From: Acidobacteriota bacterium
GTDB lineage: Bacteria > Acidobacteriota > Thermoanaerobaculia > Gp7-AA8
Direction of reading: 5' to 3'
Assembly (NCBI GenBank): GCA_003223645.1
Contig: QHVT01000023.1
Location: forward strand, 32,960-96,959
Length of the DNA stretch: 64,000 nucleotides
The notes under the pieces: generated by a model
Told to the model about the DNA's origin: nothing
What the model saw: only the letters and a program-made list of their open reading frames with translations
Databases searched by the model: none
Shown: positions 34,328 through 42,851 of the stretch, one piece after another
How the letters are laid out: each line of letters opens with the position of its first letter
Numbering within the stretch: the first letter of the stretch is position 1
Position numbers and translations under genes: made by a program

Positions 34328-36802
34328 TCATTGCTTTGCTGCGATCGCGAGCAGATCGTCTTCGAACAATCCCTGCGGCTTCTCGACGATGCGGCCGAGC
34401 TCGCGGTCGCCGCGATAGTAGATGAACGTCGCGACCTTCTCGACTTTCACCGGCTTCTGTTTCGCGCGATCGACGGCCACGAATGTCGCCGGCAGTGCGA
34501 CGCCGAACTGCGACTTCAGATCGTCGACGATGCGCAGGAACTTCGGCACTTCGCGCAGACTGTCGGGGCACCACGTGCCCATGATCACTTCGACGCGGTC
34601 CTGCGGCGTGACATACGTCTTCATCATCTCTTCGACCGACGCGTCCGGCTTGTAGTCGCTCTTGCGCTGCGCGTAGCCCGGCACGATCGCGAGCAGGCGC
34701 TCGGGTGTCGTCGGTCCGATCTCCAGCGGCAACGAGATGTTCGCGACTCCGTAGACCGTTTCCGTAGCCACGGGCGGATGTTCGTCGATCGCGATCGTCG
34801 TGACGCGGTCGCCGCGCTCGGTCTGATCGACGACGCCGCTCATGCCGTCGTACACGCGGCCGAAGATCGTGTAGCCGCCGTCGAGATGCGGCTGCGGCGA
34901 ATGCGTGATGAAGAACTGCGAGCCGCCGGTGTCGGGACCGGACAGCGCCATGCCGACCGCGCCGCGCGTGTATTTCTGCAGATTGATCTCGTCGCGGATC
35001 GCGTAGCCGGGGCCACCGTTCATGTCGTTGCGCGGATCGCCGCCCTGGATCACGAAGTTCGGCACGACGCGCATGAACGACGAGTTGTCGAAGTACTTTC
35101 GCTTCGCCAGCTGCGCGAAGTTCCAGGTCGTCAGCGGCGCGTCCTGCGTCAGCAGCGCGAGCTCGATGATGCCGCGCGTCATGTGAATCGTCGCCGTGTG
35201 CGACGCGTGCGACCACTGCACGATCTCCTCGTACTCGGCCTGCGTCCGCTTCGACGGGAACGGCGTGTATTGCGGCAATTCTTTTTTCAACTGCTCCGCG
35301 ATCTGTTCCGCTGCGACGCGGCGGACGACCGGATCGTCATCCTTCAACAGCGATCGCAGAAAGGTCTCGCGCTCGGGATGATCGATTTTCGCGAGCGACG
35401 TGATCGCGCTGAGCCGCGCGTCGTTCATCTCCGCTTTCCGTTCGCGCTGTTCGAGCTGATGCAGCGTCGCGGCGCGCGTCTCGACGGGATCGACTTTCGT
35501 CGCGGCGTAGCGGTCGATCGCGTTCGCGCGGACGATCACGTCCGCATCGCCGAGCGCGGCGCGGATCACGTCGATCTCCGCGTCGGCGCGATCGTCCGGA
35601 ATCGCGCCGATCGCGTTCCCGCGCACCAGCGGCTCCGCTGCTTTGTAGTACTTCGTCCGTGTGTCCGGCTTCGCCTCGATCACGCGCAGCCGCTGCCACG
35701 GCGACGCGTTGTCGCCGATCGCGGCGAGATCGTTCGGCAAATGCTTGGCGATCGCGCCGGCCGCGAGCTCGCGCTCCCACTGCGATCCGTTCGTGAGCGT
35801 GTCCAGCAATCGTTTGCGCGCGGTGTCGTTCGTTTCCGCGTAGTAGCCGAGCGTGTCGGCCATCGCCGAGCGCACCCCCCCGTCGGGATCGTCGAGCGCC
35901 GCGAAGATGCGCGGCAGATCTTCCGGATGCAGCACGCTGCGATTTTTTTCGGCGATGCGTCCGAGGGCGATCGCCGCGTTCGTGCGAACCCACGGATGCG
36001 AGTCGCCGAGCATGGCGATGATTTTCGGCGCGGACGCGGCCGAGCCGATCCGCCCGAGTGCGGTCGTCGCGTAGGCGCGAGTCAGCGTGTTCGGATCGGT
36101 GAGCAGCAACTCGAGTTGCGGCTGTGCGGCGGCGAGTACACGTCGCGCGAGCGCGTACGCGCCTTCCTGCCGGATCGCGGCCGACGCGGAGCTGAGCGCG
36201 CGTGTCGCGGCGGCGCCGGCGTCGTCGTTGGCAAGGCGGAACAGAAAACGGACGGCGCGAGCGCGCACGCCTTCCGGCGCGGAGCCGTCCGCGATCGCGA
36301 CGTAGCGCTGCAGATTCGGTTTGAGCTTCGACAGCGCCTCGACTGCTTCCGCGGCAACACCCGCATCCTGATCGTTCGCCAGTGTGAACAGCGTCTCCTC
36401 GGCGGAGTTGTCGCCGATCTCGCCGAGGGCGAATGCGGCCATCTCGCGCACGCGGCGATCGGAGTCGGTCGCGAGCGTCGTCAGCTCCGCGACGCCTGCC
36501 CGTTTTTCGGCGGGCGGATCGAAGTCGCCGTCGTTGTTGGCGTCGACGAATGCATGCGGTCCGATGCGGCCGAGGGCGAGCGCGATGCGGATGCGATGCA
36601 GCGGATCGGGATTCTGCAGCCACGACGCGGCGAACGCCGGGTCGTACTCGCGACGATCCTCGAGTGCGAGCAAGCGCGCCTCTTCCTCGATCGTCATCCC
36701 CTGCGGTGCAGCGGGGGCGAGGGGTGCGGGGTTGGAAGTGAGGGGAGGAGCGGTGCGGCAGGCGAGAGTCAAGAGCAACGCGAGAACGGCGAGCGGACGC
36801 AT
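34328..36802 (-). CDS. Lipoprotein: HEAT repeats + cyclophilin PPIase + thioredoxin-like domain
   Basis: Lipobox LTLAC; HEAT repeats (VREMAAFALGEI); RVVPNFVIQGGDP, GSQFFI, HLDGGYTIFG; GTWCPDS. Confidence 0.88.
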   Translation of the reverse strand: MRPLAVLALLLTLACRTAPPLTSNPAPLAPAAPQGMTIEEEARLLALEDRREYDPAFAASWLQNPDPLHRIRIALALGRIGPHAFVDANNDGDFDPPAEKRAGVAELTTLATDSDRRVREMAAFALGEIGDNSAEETLFTLANDQDAGVAAEAVEALSKLKPNLQRYVAIADGSAPEGVRARAVRFLFRLANDDAGAAATRALSSASAAIRQEGAYALARRVLAAAQPQLELLLTDPNTLTRAYATTALGRIGSAASAPKIIAMLGDSHPWVRTNAAIALGRIAEKNRSVLHPEDLPRIFAALDDPDGGVRSAMADTLGYYAETNDTARKRLLDTLTNGSQWERELAAGAIAKHLPNDLAAIGDNASPWQRLRVIEAKPDTRTKYYKAAEPLVRGNAIGAIPDDRADAEIDVIRAALGDADVIVRANAIDRYAATKVDPVETRAATLHQLEQRERKAEMNDARLSAITSLAKIDHPERETFLRSLLKDDDPVVRRVAAEQIAEQLKKELPQYTPFPSKRTQAEYEEIVQWSHASHTATIHMTRGIIELALLTQDAPLTTWNFAQLAKRKYFDNSSFMRVVPNFVIQGGDPRNDMNGGPGYAIRDEINLQKYTRGAVGMALSGPDTGGSQFFITHSPQPHLDGGYTIFGRVYDGMSGVVDQTERGDRVTTIAIDEHPPVATETVYGVANISLPLEIGPTTPERLLAIVPGYAQRKSDYKPDASVEEMMKTYVTPQDRVEVIMGTWCPDSLREVPKFLRIVDDLKSQFGVALPATFVAVDRAKQKPVKVEKVATFIYYRGDRELGRIVEKPQGLFEDDLLAIAAKQ

Positions 36803-36811
36803 GGTGTCTGT

Positions 36812-36911
36812 CAGTTTATCCCGCGCGTAGACGCGGGATCTCCGGTGACACCGGCAGACAGCCGCCTCGCGGTATAACCAGAGATCCCGCGTCTGCGCGC
36901 GGGATAAACTG
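36812..36911. repeat. AGTTTATCCCGCG palindromic element filling a divergent spacer
   Basis: ~31-bp inverted arms; same family as 27635. Confidence 0.9.
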
Positions 36912-36918
36912 CAAACCC

Positions 36919-37551
36919 ATGGCCGCCATCGACGTGCAACGCCTCGCTCGCCGCTACGGCCGGCGCTGGGCGCTCGCCGGCGTTTCGTTTCAGGTTCCTG
37001 AAGCGAGCGTGATGATGGTGAACGGACACAACGGCGCGGGGAAGTCGACGCTGCTGCGCATCCTCGGTACGGCGATCCTTCCCGACGGCGGAAGCGCGAG
37101 CGTCGCCGGGTTCGACGTCGTGAAGCAGCGGCAGGATGTCAGAAAATTGACAGCCATCCTCAGCCATCAAAACTATCTCTACGAGTCGCTGACCGCGCGC
37201 GAGAACCTCCAGGTCGTCGCCGATCACCTCGGCAAATCGCGCGGCGGCATCGACGCACTCCTCGCGCAAGTCGCGCTCGATGCGCGCGCGAACGACCTCG
37301 TGTCGACCTTCTCCGCCGGCATGCGCAAACGCCTCTCGTTCGCACGCGTCCTGTTGCAGGAGCCGCGCGTCGTGTTGCTCGACGAGCCGTACGGCGCCCT
37401 CGATCCGCCGGGATTCGATCTCATCGACGCCGTCATTCGCGATCTCAAAAGCAGGGGAACGACGATTCTGATGGCGACGCATCAGGTCGAGCGGGCGGCG
37501 CGATTGTGTGACGCGGTGATCACATTGGAAGGCGGACGGATCGCGGCATGA
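36919..37551 (+). CDS. ccmA: Heme ABC exporter ATPase CcmA
   Basis: GHNGAGKST, FSAGMRKR, LLDEP; first of ccm cluster. Confidence 0.93.
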   Translation: MAAIDVQRLARRYGRRWALAGVSFQVPEASVMMVNGHNGAGKSTLLRILGTAILPDGGSASVAGFDVVKQRQDVRKLTAILSHQNYLYESLTARENLQVVADHLGKSRGGIDALLAQVALDARANDLVSTFSAGMRKRLSFARVLLQEPRVVLLDEPYGALDPPGFDLIDAVIRDLKSRGTTILMATHQVERAARLCDAVITLEGGRIAA

Positions 37552-37556
37552 TTGAG

Positions 37557-37643
37557 ATGAAGGCAGAAGGCAGAAGGCAGAAGGCAGAACGGAGAAGTTC
37601 GCCTTCTCACCTCTGCCTTCTGCCTTCTGCCTTCTGCCTTCAT
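37557..37643. repeat. Fold-back microsatellite, 7-mer GAAGGCA / TGCCTTC
   Basis: ATGAAGGCAG...CTGCCTTCAT; same element at 53341, 53540, 55659. Confidence 0.92.
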
Positions 37644-37657
37644 TCGGACGGCTGCGA

Positions 37658-38317
37658 ATGCTGATCGCTTCCCTCCGCAAGGAGCTCCTGCTCCAGTGGC
37701 GCACGCGCAGCCAGTTCATGGCTGTGTTCGTCTTCGGTGCGGCGACGCTGCTCCTCTTCAGCTTCGGCGTCGGACCGAATGCCGAAATGCTGCGCACGTT
37801 CTCGTCCGGATTCCTCTGGCTCGGACTCCTGATGTCTTCGACGCTCACACTCTCCGAGAGCTTTCACGGAGAGATGGAGAACCGCGCGCTCGAAGGATTG
37901 CTGCTGCTGCCCTCCGATCCGCGTGCGCTGTACTACGGAAAAGCGATCGCGAATTGGCTGCAGCTGACGCTCCTCGGCTGCGCGCTCGTGCCCGTCATGG
38001 TCGTCCTGTACGATGCCGGAACGACGCAACTGCTGAAGCTGCTGCTCATCATCGCCCTCGGCGCGGCCGGCCTTTCCGCCCCCGGAACGCTCTACGCCGC
38101 CATGACGGCGCAGGTGAGGGCGAAACAGACTCTCCTCCCTTTGCTGTTGTTCCCGCTGATCGTCCCGGCGCTCCTCGCGTCCGTCAAGGCGACATCACTA
38201 GTGATACTCGGAGATCCGATGCAGCAATCGCGGTCATGGATCGCGCTTCTCGGCGCGTTCGACTTGATTTACTGGTCGCTCTGCGGCCTGCTGTACGGCA
38301 GGGTGGTGGAAGAATGA
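37658..38317 (+). CDS. ccmB: Heme exporter permease CcmB
   Basis: 6 TM, LLPLLLFPLIVP; position. Confidence 0.92.
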   Translation: MLIASLRKELLLQWRTRSQFMAVFVFGAATLLLFSFGVGPNAEMLRTFSSGFLWLGLLMSSTLTLSESFHGEMENRALEGLLLLPSDPRALYYGKAIANWLQLTLLGCALVPVMVVLYDAGTTQLLKLLLIIALGAAGLSAPGTLYAAMTAQVRAKQTLLPLLLFPLIVPALLASVKATSLVILGDPMQQSRSWIALLGAFDLIYWSLCGLLYGRVVEE

Positions 38318-38994
38318 AGACAGCGTGGATCTTCGTCGTGCTCGGCGTCGCGTTTCTCGTCGCCGGCTCGTACCTCGGCCTCTTCGTCGCGCCGGCCGAG
38401 GAGTACATGGGGAACGTGCAGCGGATCATGTACGTGCACGTGCCGACCGCGTGGAACTGGATGCTCGCGGTGCTCTATGCGTTCGGCGCGGCGATCGCGT
38501 TTCTCTTCACCGCGAATGCGAAGTGGGACGCGCGTCTCGAAGCAGGCCTTGAAGTCTCGACGCTCCTCGCCTTCCTGTTGTGCTGCCAGGGATCGATCTG
38601 GGCGAAGCCGACGTGGGGCGTGTGGTGGGACTGGGACCCGCGGCTGACGTCCGTCGCCGTGCTGCTCTTCGCGTCCATCGGCATCATTGCCTTGCGCGGA
38701 TTCGTCGACGATCCGCATCGCCGTGCGGTGTGGTCCGCGGTCGCGACGATCATCGCGTCCGTCGATTTGCCGATCGTCTACTACTCAGTCAAGTGGTGGA
38801 ACTCGCTGCATCAGCAGCAGTCGTCGCCGCAGACCGTTTCGTCGCAATTCCATCTGCCGCTGCGCCTCAACGCATTCGGCGTGCTGTTCCTCATGATCGG
38901 CTTCATCATGCTGCGCACGCGCGTCGCGAACATGAACCGCGCGCGAGAAACCGCGCTGCCGCCGATGACAGAACACGCAGGAGAGATCGCATGA
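38314..38994 (+). CDS. ccmC: Heme chaperone-loading protein CcmC
   Basis: YVHVP, WWD motif WAKPTWGVWWDWDPRLT, SLHQ. Confidence 0.95.
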   Translation: MKTAWIFVVLGVAFLVAGSYLGLFVAPAEEYMGNVQRIMYVHVPTAWNWMLAVLYAFGAAIAFLFTANAKWDARLEAGLEVSTLLAFLLCCQGSIWAKPTWGVWWDWDPRLTSVAVLLFASIGIIALRGFVDDPHRRAVWSAVATIIASVDLPIVYYSVKWWNSLHQQQSSPQTVSSQFHLPLRLNAFGVLFLMIGFIMLRTRVANMNRARETALPPMTEHAGEIA

Positions 38995-39107
38995 GCGGAG
39001 TCATCACCGGAGGGTGGAGTTTCGTCATCGCCGCGTACTCGCTGACCGGCGCGGGGTTTCTGATTTACGCGATTTCGCTGATCATGCGACTACGGGAGAC
39101 GAAATGA
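38991..39107 (+). CDS. ccmD: CcmD-like small membrane protein (38 aa)
   Basis: WSFVIAAY single TM; between ccmC and ccmE with ATGA overlaps. Confidence 0.75.
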   Translation: MSGVITGGWSFVIAAYSLTGAGFLIYAISLIMRLRETK

Positions 39108-39580
39108 ACGAGTCCGAAAAAACGCGCAGGAAAACGCGCTGGTTCATGCTCGGCGCGTTCGTCGTCGCCGGCGCCGCGTTCGCGCTGATCGCCGCAACGA
39201 GCATGAGCAAGAACCTCGTCTACTACTGGACGCCCGTCGACCTCTATCGCGCCGGCAACAAAGCGTACGGCGCGACGATCCGCCTAGGCGGCATGGTCAC
39301 TCCCGGCTCGATCAAGAAACTCGGCGGCACCGCCGTCGAGTTCGACGTCCACGACGCGACGCAACACGTCCACGTGAAAACGAGCAGCGTGCCGCCGCAG
39401 ATGTTCCGCGCGAACATCGGCGTCGTCGTCGAAGGGACGATGCTGCGCGACGGATATTTCCAGAGCAGCCGCCTCATGGTCTCGCACAACAACGAGTACA
39501 AGGCTCCCGCGAAGGGACATCCAGTCGATCAGAAAACGCTGCGGAAGATGATGGAAAGCACCGAAGGGATCAAGGACTGA
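39104..39580 (+). CDS. ccmE: Heme chaperone CcmE
   Basis: YYWTP, IRLGGMV, PQMFR, HxxxY (HNNEY). Confidence 0.93.
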   Translation: MNESEKTRRKTRWFMLGAFVVAGAAFALIAATSMSKNLVYYWTPVDLYRAGNKAYGATIRLGGMVTPGSIKKLGGTAVEFDVHDATQHVHVKTSSVPPQMFRANIGVVVEGTMLRDGYFQSSRLMVSHNNEYKAPAKGHPVDQKTLRKMMESTEGIKD

Positions 39581-39584
39581 TGAT

Positions 39585-39813
39585 GCGGTTGCGCGGTACC
39601 TGGTTGCTCGGTTACGCGGTTGCTCGGTGGCCCGGGGCCGGTGTAGGGCAGGTTTTCCAACCTGCCCCCGGTGTAGGGCAGGTTTTCCAACCTGCACCCC
39701 GGGCGGCGGGCCGTGTAGGGCAGGTTTTCCAACCTGCCCCCCCGGGGGCGGGCTGGAAAGCCCGCACCACACCGAAGCGCCCCTCAACCGCGCGACCGCG
39801 AAACCGCGCAACC
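39585..39813. repeat. Octamer fold-back enclosing three tandem GTAG-type REPs and one inverted GTGG REP
   Basis: GTAGGGCAGGTTTTCCAACCTGC at 39643, 39673, 39715; inverted partner ~39746-39770. Confidence 0.88.
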
Positions 39814-39826
39814 AACTAAGGAAAAC

Positions 39827-41863
39827 ATGCTCCCCATCCTCGGACGGATTCTCATTCTCGGCTCGCTCGGTGCCGCCGTGGCCGGCGCGGTCCTCGGCTT
39901 CGTCGCCGGACGCACGCTGTCGCTCGACGGCTTGAAGTGGGCGCGCCGCTGCGCGTGGCTGTACGCCGCGCTCATCGTGCTCGCCGGAGTGGTAATGGAA
40001 GTCGCGCTGCTCAAACACGACTTCTCCGTCAGCTACGTCGCGCAGGTCGGATCGCGCGAGGTGCCGACGTGGGTGACGGTCGTCAGCCTCTGGTCCTCGC
40101 TCGAAGGTTCGATTCTGTTCTGGGGCGTGATCCTCGGCATCTACATCGCGGTCGCCACGTATCTCACGCGCGGCCGCTATCCCGAATATCAGCCCGACGC
40201 GATCGGCGTGTGGCTCTCGACCGCGGCGTTCTTCAGCTTCCTCATCGCCGCGCCCGCGAATCCGTTCCACACGATGCCGAACCCGCCGCTGGACGGCAAC
40301 GGCCCGAATGCCCTTCTCCAGAATCACGTCCTGATGGCCATCCACCCGCCGTTCCTCTATCTCGGCTACGTCGGGATGACCATCCCGTTCGGCTTCGCCT
40401 GCGCCGCGCTGCTGAAAGGCCGCCTCGGACACGCCGTGCTCAAGCCGCTGCGCGAGTCGCTGATGCTGCCGTGGATCTTCCAGAGCATCGCCATCATGTT
40501 GGGCGGCTGGTGGGCGTACGAAGTGCTCGGATGGGGCGGCTATTGGGCGTGGGATCCGGTCGAGAACGCGTCGCTCTTGCCGTGGCTGACCGCGACGGCG
40601 GCGCTGCACTCGATCATGGTCGTCGAGCGCCGCGGCATCCTGAAAGGATGGACCGTCACGCTCGTCCAGGCGACGTTTCTTCTCGTCATCCTCGGCACGT
40701 TCATGACGCGCTCCGGCGTCTTCAACTCCGTCCATTCCTTCACGCAGAGCGCGATCGGCCCGACCATCCTCGTCTTCCTCGCGGCCGCGCTGCTGTTCTC
40801 GATCGCGCTGCTCGCATTCCGCATCGACAAGCTCGAAACCGAAGGGCGACTCGAAGGGACGGCGAGCCGCGAGGCGATGTTCCTCGTCAACAATCTCCTC
40901 TTCGTCCTGCTCACCTTCACGGTGCTGATCGGCACCGTCTTCCCGCTCATCGTCGAAGCGATGAAAGGGAAGCAGATGAGCGTCGGTCGTCCGTACTTTG
41001 ACAGCATGGTCGTGCCGATCGGCGCGGCCCTCCTGTTCCTCCTCGGCGTCGGTCCCGCGCTGCCGTGGGGACGTGCGACGAGCGATCAGACGCGCAAAGC
41101 ATTGCTGCCGCCGCTCATCGGCGCCGCGCTGTTCACGCTCGCCGGCTTCGCGCTCGGTGTGCGCAGCGGCTGGTCTCTCGTGACGCTGGCCTTCGGCGGT
41201 TACGCCGCGCAGGTGACGATCGATCAGATGTTCCTGCCGATGATGCAGCGCGTAAAGCGCGGCGAGTCGGCCGCGACGGCATTCGTCGACGGGCAACTGC
41301 GCCGCGGACGCCGGCGCTTCGGCTCGTACATCGTGCACGGCGCGGTCGTGGTCGTGATCATCGCCATCGCGGTCAGCAGCTCGATGCGCCAGACCGCGGA
41401 GCGGACGTTCACGAAGGGGCAAACGCATCGCGTCGCCGGATACGACATCACGCTTCTGGGCGTCGATGAGCGCGAGGAGCCGCATCGTTTGTCGACCATC
41501 GCGCACTTCACGATCGTGAAGAACGGAAAACACATCGCGACGCTCGAGCCGCGCATGAGCCAGTACCCGGCGATGCGCGATCCGATCGGATCGCCCGACG
41601 TCTACTCGACTCCGATTCGCGATTTGTATTTGTCCGTCGCCAACGTCGATCCCGTCGCGCAGACAGCGACGATCACGATCTACATCGCGCCGATGGTTTT
41701 CTGGATCTGGATCGGCGTCATCATCATGGGCATCGGCGGACTCATTGCGCTTGTCATACCGAGCGTGAGTGAGGCACCTGGGCGGGCGGTTGCGGCAGAG
41801 CATGAAATCGAAACGGTGCGCCCGCCGCCCAGGCCCTTCGCTCCCGCTCGGGGTGACAAATGA
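39827..41863 (+). CDS. ccmF: Heme lyase CcmF
   Basis: HPPFLYLGY, WAYEVLGWGGYWAWDPVEN, TRSG..SVHSF. Confidence 0.97.
   Translation: MLPILGRILILGSLGAAVAGAVLGFVAGRTLSLDGLKWARRCAWLYAALIVLAGVVMEVALLKHDFSVSYVAQVGSREVPTWVTVVSLWSSLEGSILFWGVILGIYIAVATYLTRGRYPEYQPDAIGVWLSTAAFFSFLIAAPANPFHTMPNPPLDGNGPNALLQNHVLMAIHPPFLYLGYVGMTIPFGFACAALLKGRLGHAVLKPLRESLMLPWIFQSIAIMLGGWWAYEVLGWGGYWAWDPVENASLLPWLTATAALHSIMVVERRGILKGWTVTLVQATFLLVILGTFMTRSGVFNSVHSFTQSAIGPTILVFLAAALLFSIALLAFRIDKLETEGRLEGTASREAMFLVNNLLFVLLTFTVLIGTVFPLIVEAMKGKQMSVGRPYFDSMVVPIGAALLFLLGVGPALPWGRATSDQTRKALLPPLIGAALFTLAGFALGVRSGWSLVTLAFGGYAAQVTIDQMFLPMMQRVKRGESAATAFVDGQLRRGRRRFGSYIVHGAVVVVIIAIAVSSSMRQTAERTFTKGQTHRVAGYDITLLGVDEREEPHRLSTIAHFTIVKNGKHIATLEPRMSQYPAMRDPIGSPDVYSTPIRDLYLSVANVDPVAQTATITIYIAPMVFWIWIGVIIMGIGGLIALVIPSVSEAPGRAVAAEHEIETVRPPPRPFAPARGDK
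41751..41859. repeat. Degenerate TGTCATCCCGAG element encoding the CcmF C-terminus
   Basis: TTGTCATACCGAGCG...CGCTCGGGGTGACAA, similar to 9151-9251. Confidence 0.8.
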
Positions 41864-42381
41864 ACCGCACCGTCCTCTTCGTCGGCGTCATCATCGCCGC
41901 CGCGCTCGTCGTCATCCTCTTCGTCGGCCTCGGCAAAGATCCGTCGGCGATCCACTCGCCTCTCATCGACAAGCCCGCACCCGAGTTTTCGCTGCGCGAA
42001 GTCGGCACGAACAAGACCGTCGACCTCACGCAATATCGCGGCAAGCCGCTCATCATCAACTTCTGGGCGACGTGGTGCGGACCGTGTTGGGAAGAGCATC
42101 CCTCGCTCGTCGCCAGCGCGCGCCAGTTGCAGCCGGACGTGCAATTTCTCGGCGTCGTGTTTCAGGACAAAGAAGAAAAAATTCTCGGCTTCCTGAATCA
42201 ACGCGGCACCGCGTATCCGACCGTCGTCGATGAGAAAGGGAAGACCGCCATCGCGTACGGCGTCGGCGGCGTGCCGGAGTCGTACTTCCTCGACGCGAAG
42301 GGAACGATCCGCGCGAAATTCGTCGGCCCGATGAACGGAGACATCATCCAGGAGAATCTGCAGAAGGTGCTCAGGCAGTGA
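41860..42381 (+). CDS. ccmG: Thiol:disulfide oxidoreductase CcmG/DsbE
   Basis: NFWATWCGPC, YGVGGVPES. Confidence 0.92.
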   Translation: MNRTVLFVGVIIAAALVVILFVGLGKDPSAIHSPLIDKPAPEFSLREVGTNKTVDLTQYRGKPLIINFWATWCGPCWEEHPSLVASARQLQPDVQFLGVVFQDKEEKILGFLNQRGTAYPTVVDEKGKTAIAYGVGGVPESYFLDAKGTIRAKFVGPMNGDIIQENLQKVLRQ

Positions 42382-42851
42382 TCCTGCTCGTGCTGTTGCT
42401 GTCGCTCAAAGTGCCGGACGCCGAACAGTTCGTCGGTCCGCCGAAGGGCGCGCCCGTCGCCGACGCGCAGCTCTTCCAGCGCACGCGCGAAGTCGCGTCG
42501 CTCCTGCGCTGCCCGGTGTGCCAGGGCATGTCCGTCGCCGACTCGCCGTCGGAGATGGCGATCAACATGAAGGAGCAGGTGCGCGAGCTCCTCGCGCGCG
42601 GCTACACCGAAGAACAGATCCTCAAATACTTCGAGATCTCGTACGGACAGTTCGTGCTGCTCAAGCCGAAGTCGCCGGTGATCTGGATCCTGCCGATCAT
42701 CGCGCTCGTCGTCGGCGCGGTGCTCGTCATCCTGAAAATTCGCAACCTCTCCGGCGGGCCACCCTCACCTCCAGCCCCTCCACCCCTCACTCCCGAATCC
42801 GACCCCTACGTCGCGCGCGTGCGCGACCTCGTCGGCGGAGACAAATCATGA
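42378..42851 (+). CDS. ccmH: Cytochrome c biogenesis protein CcmH
   Basis: LRCPVCQG.SVADS, YGQFVL. Confidence 0.93.
   Translation: MILLVLLLSLKVPDAEQFVGPPKGAPVADAQLFQRTREVASLLRCPVCQGMSVADSPSEMAINMKEQVRELLARGYTEEQILKYFEISYGQFVLLKPKSPVIWILPIIALVVGAVLVILKIRNLSGGPPSPPAPPPLTPESDPYVARVRDLVGGDKS

Noticed and set aside
39580-39819. 79-aa ORF between ccmE and ccmF
   Set aside because: It is a translation of nested repeats (VGQVFQPAP x3); incidental translation cannot be excluded but nothing supports a functional gene.
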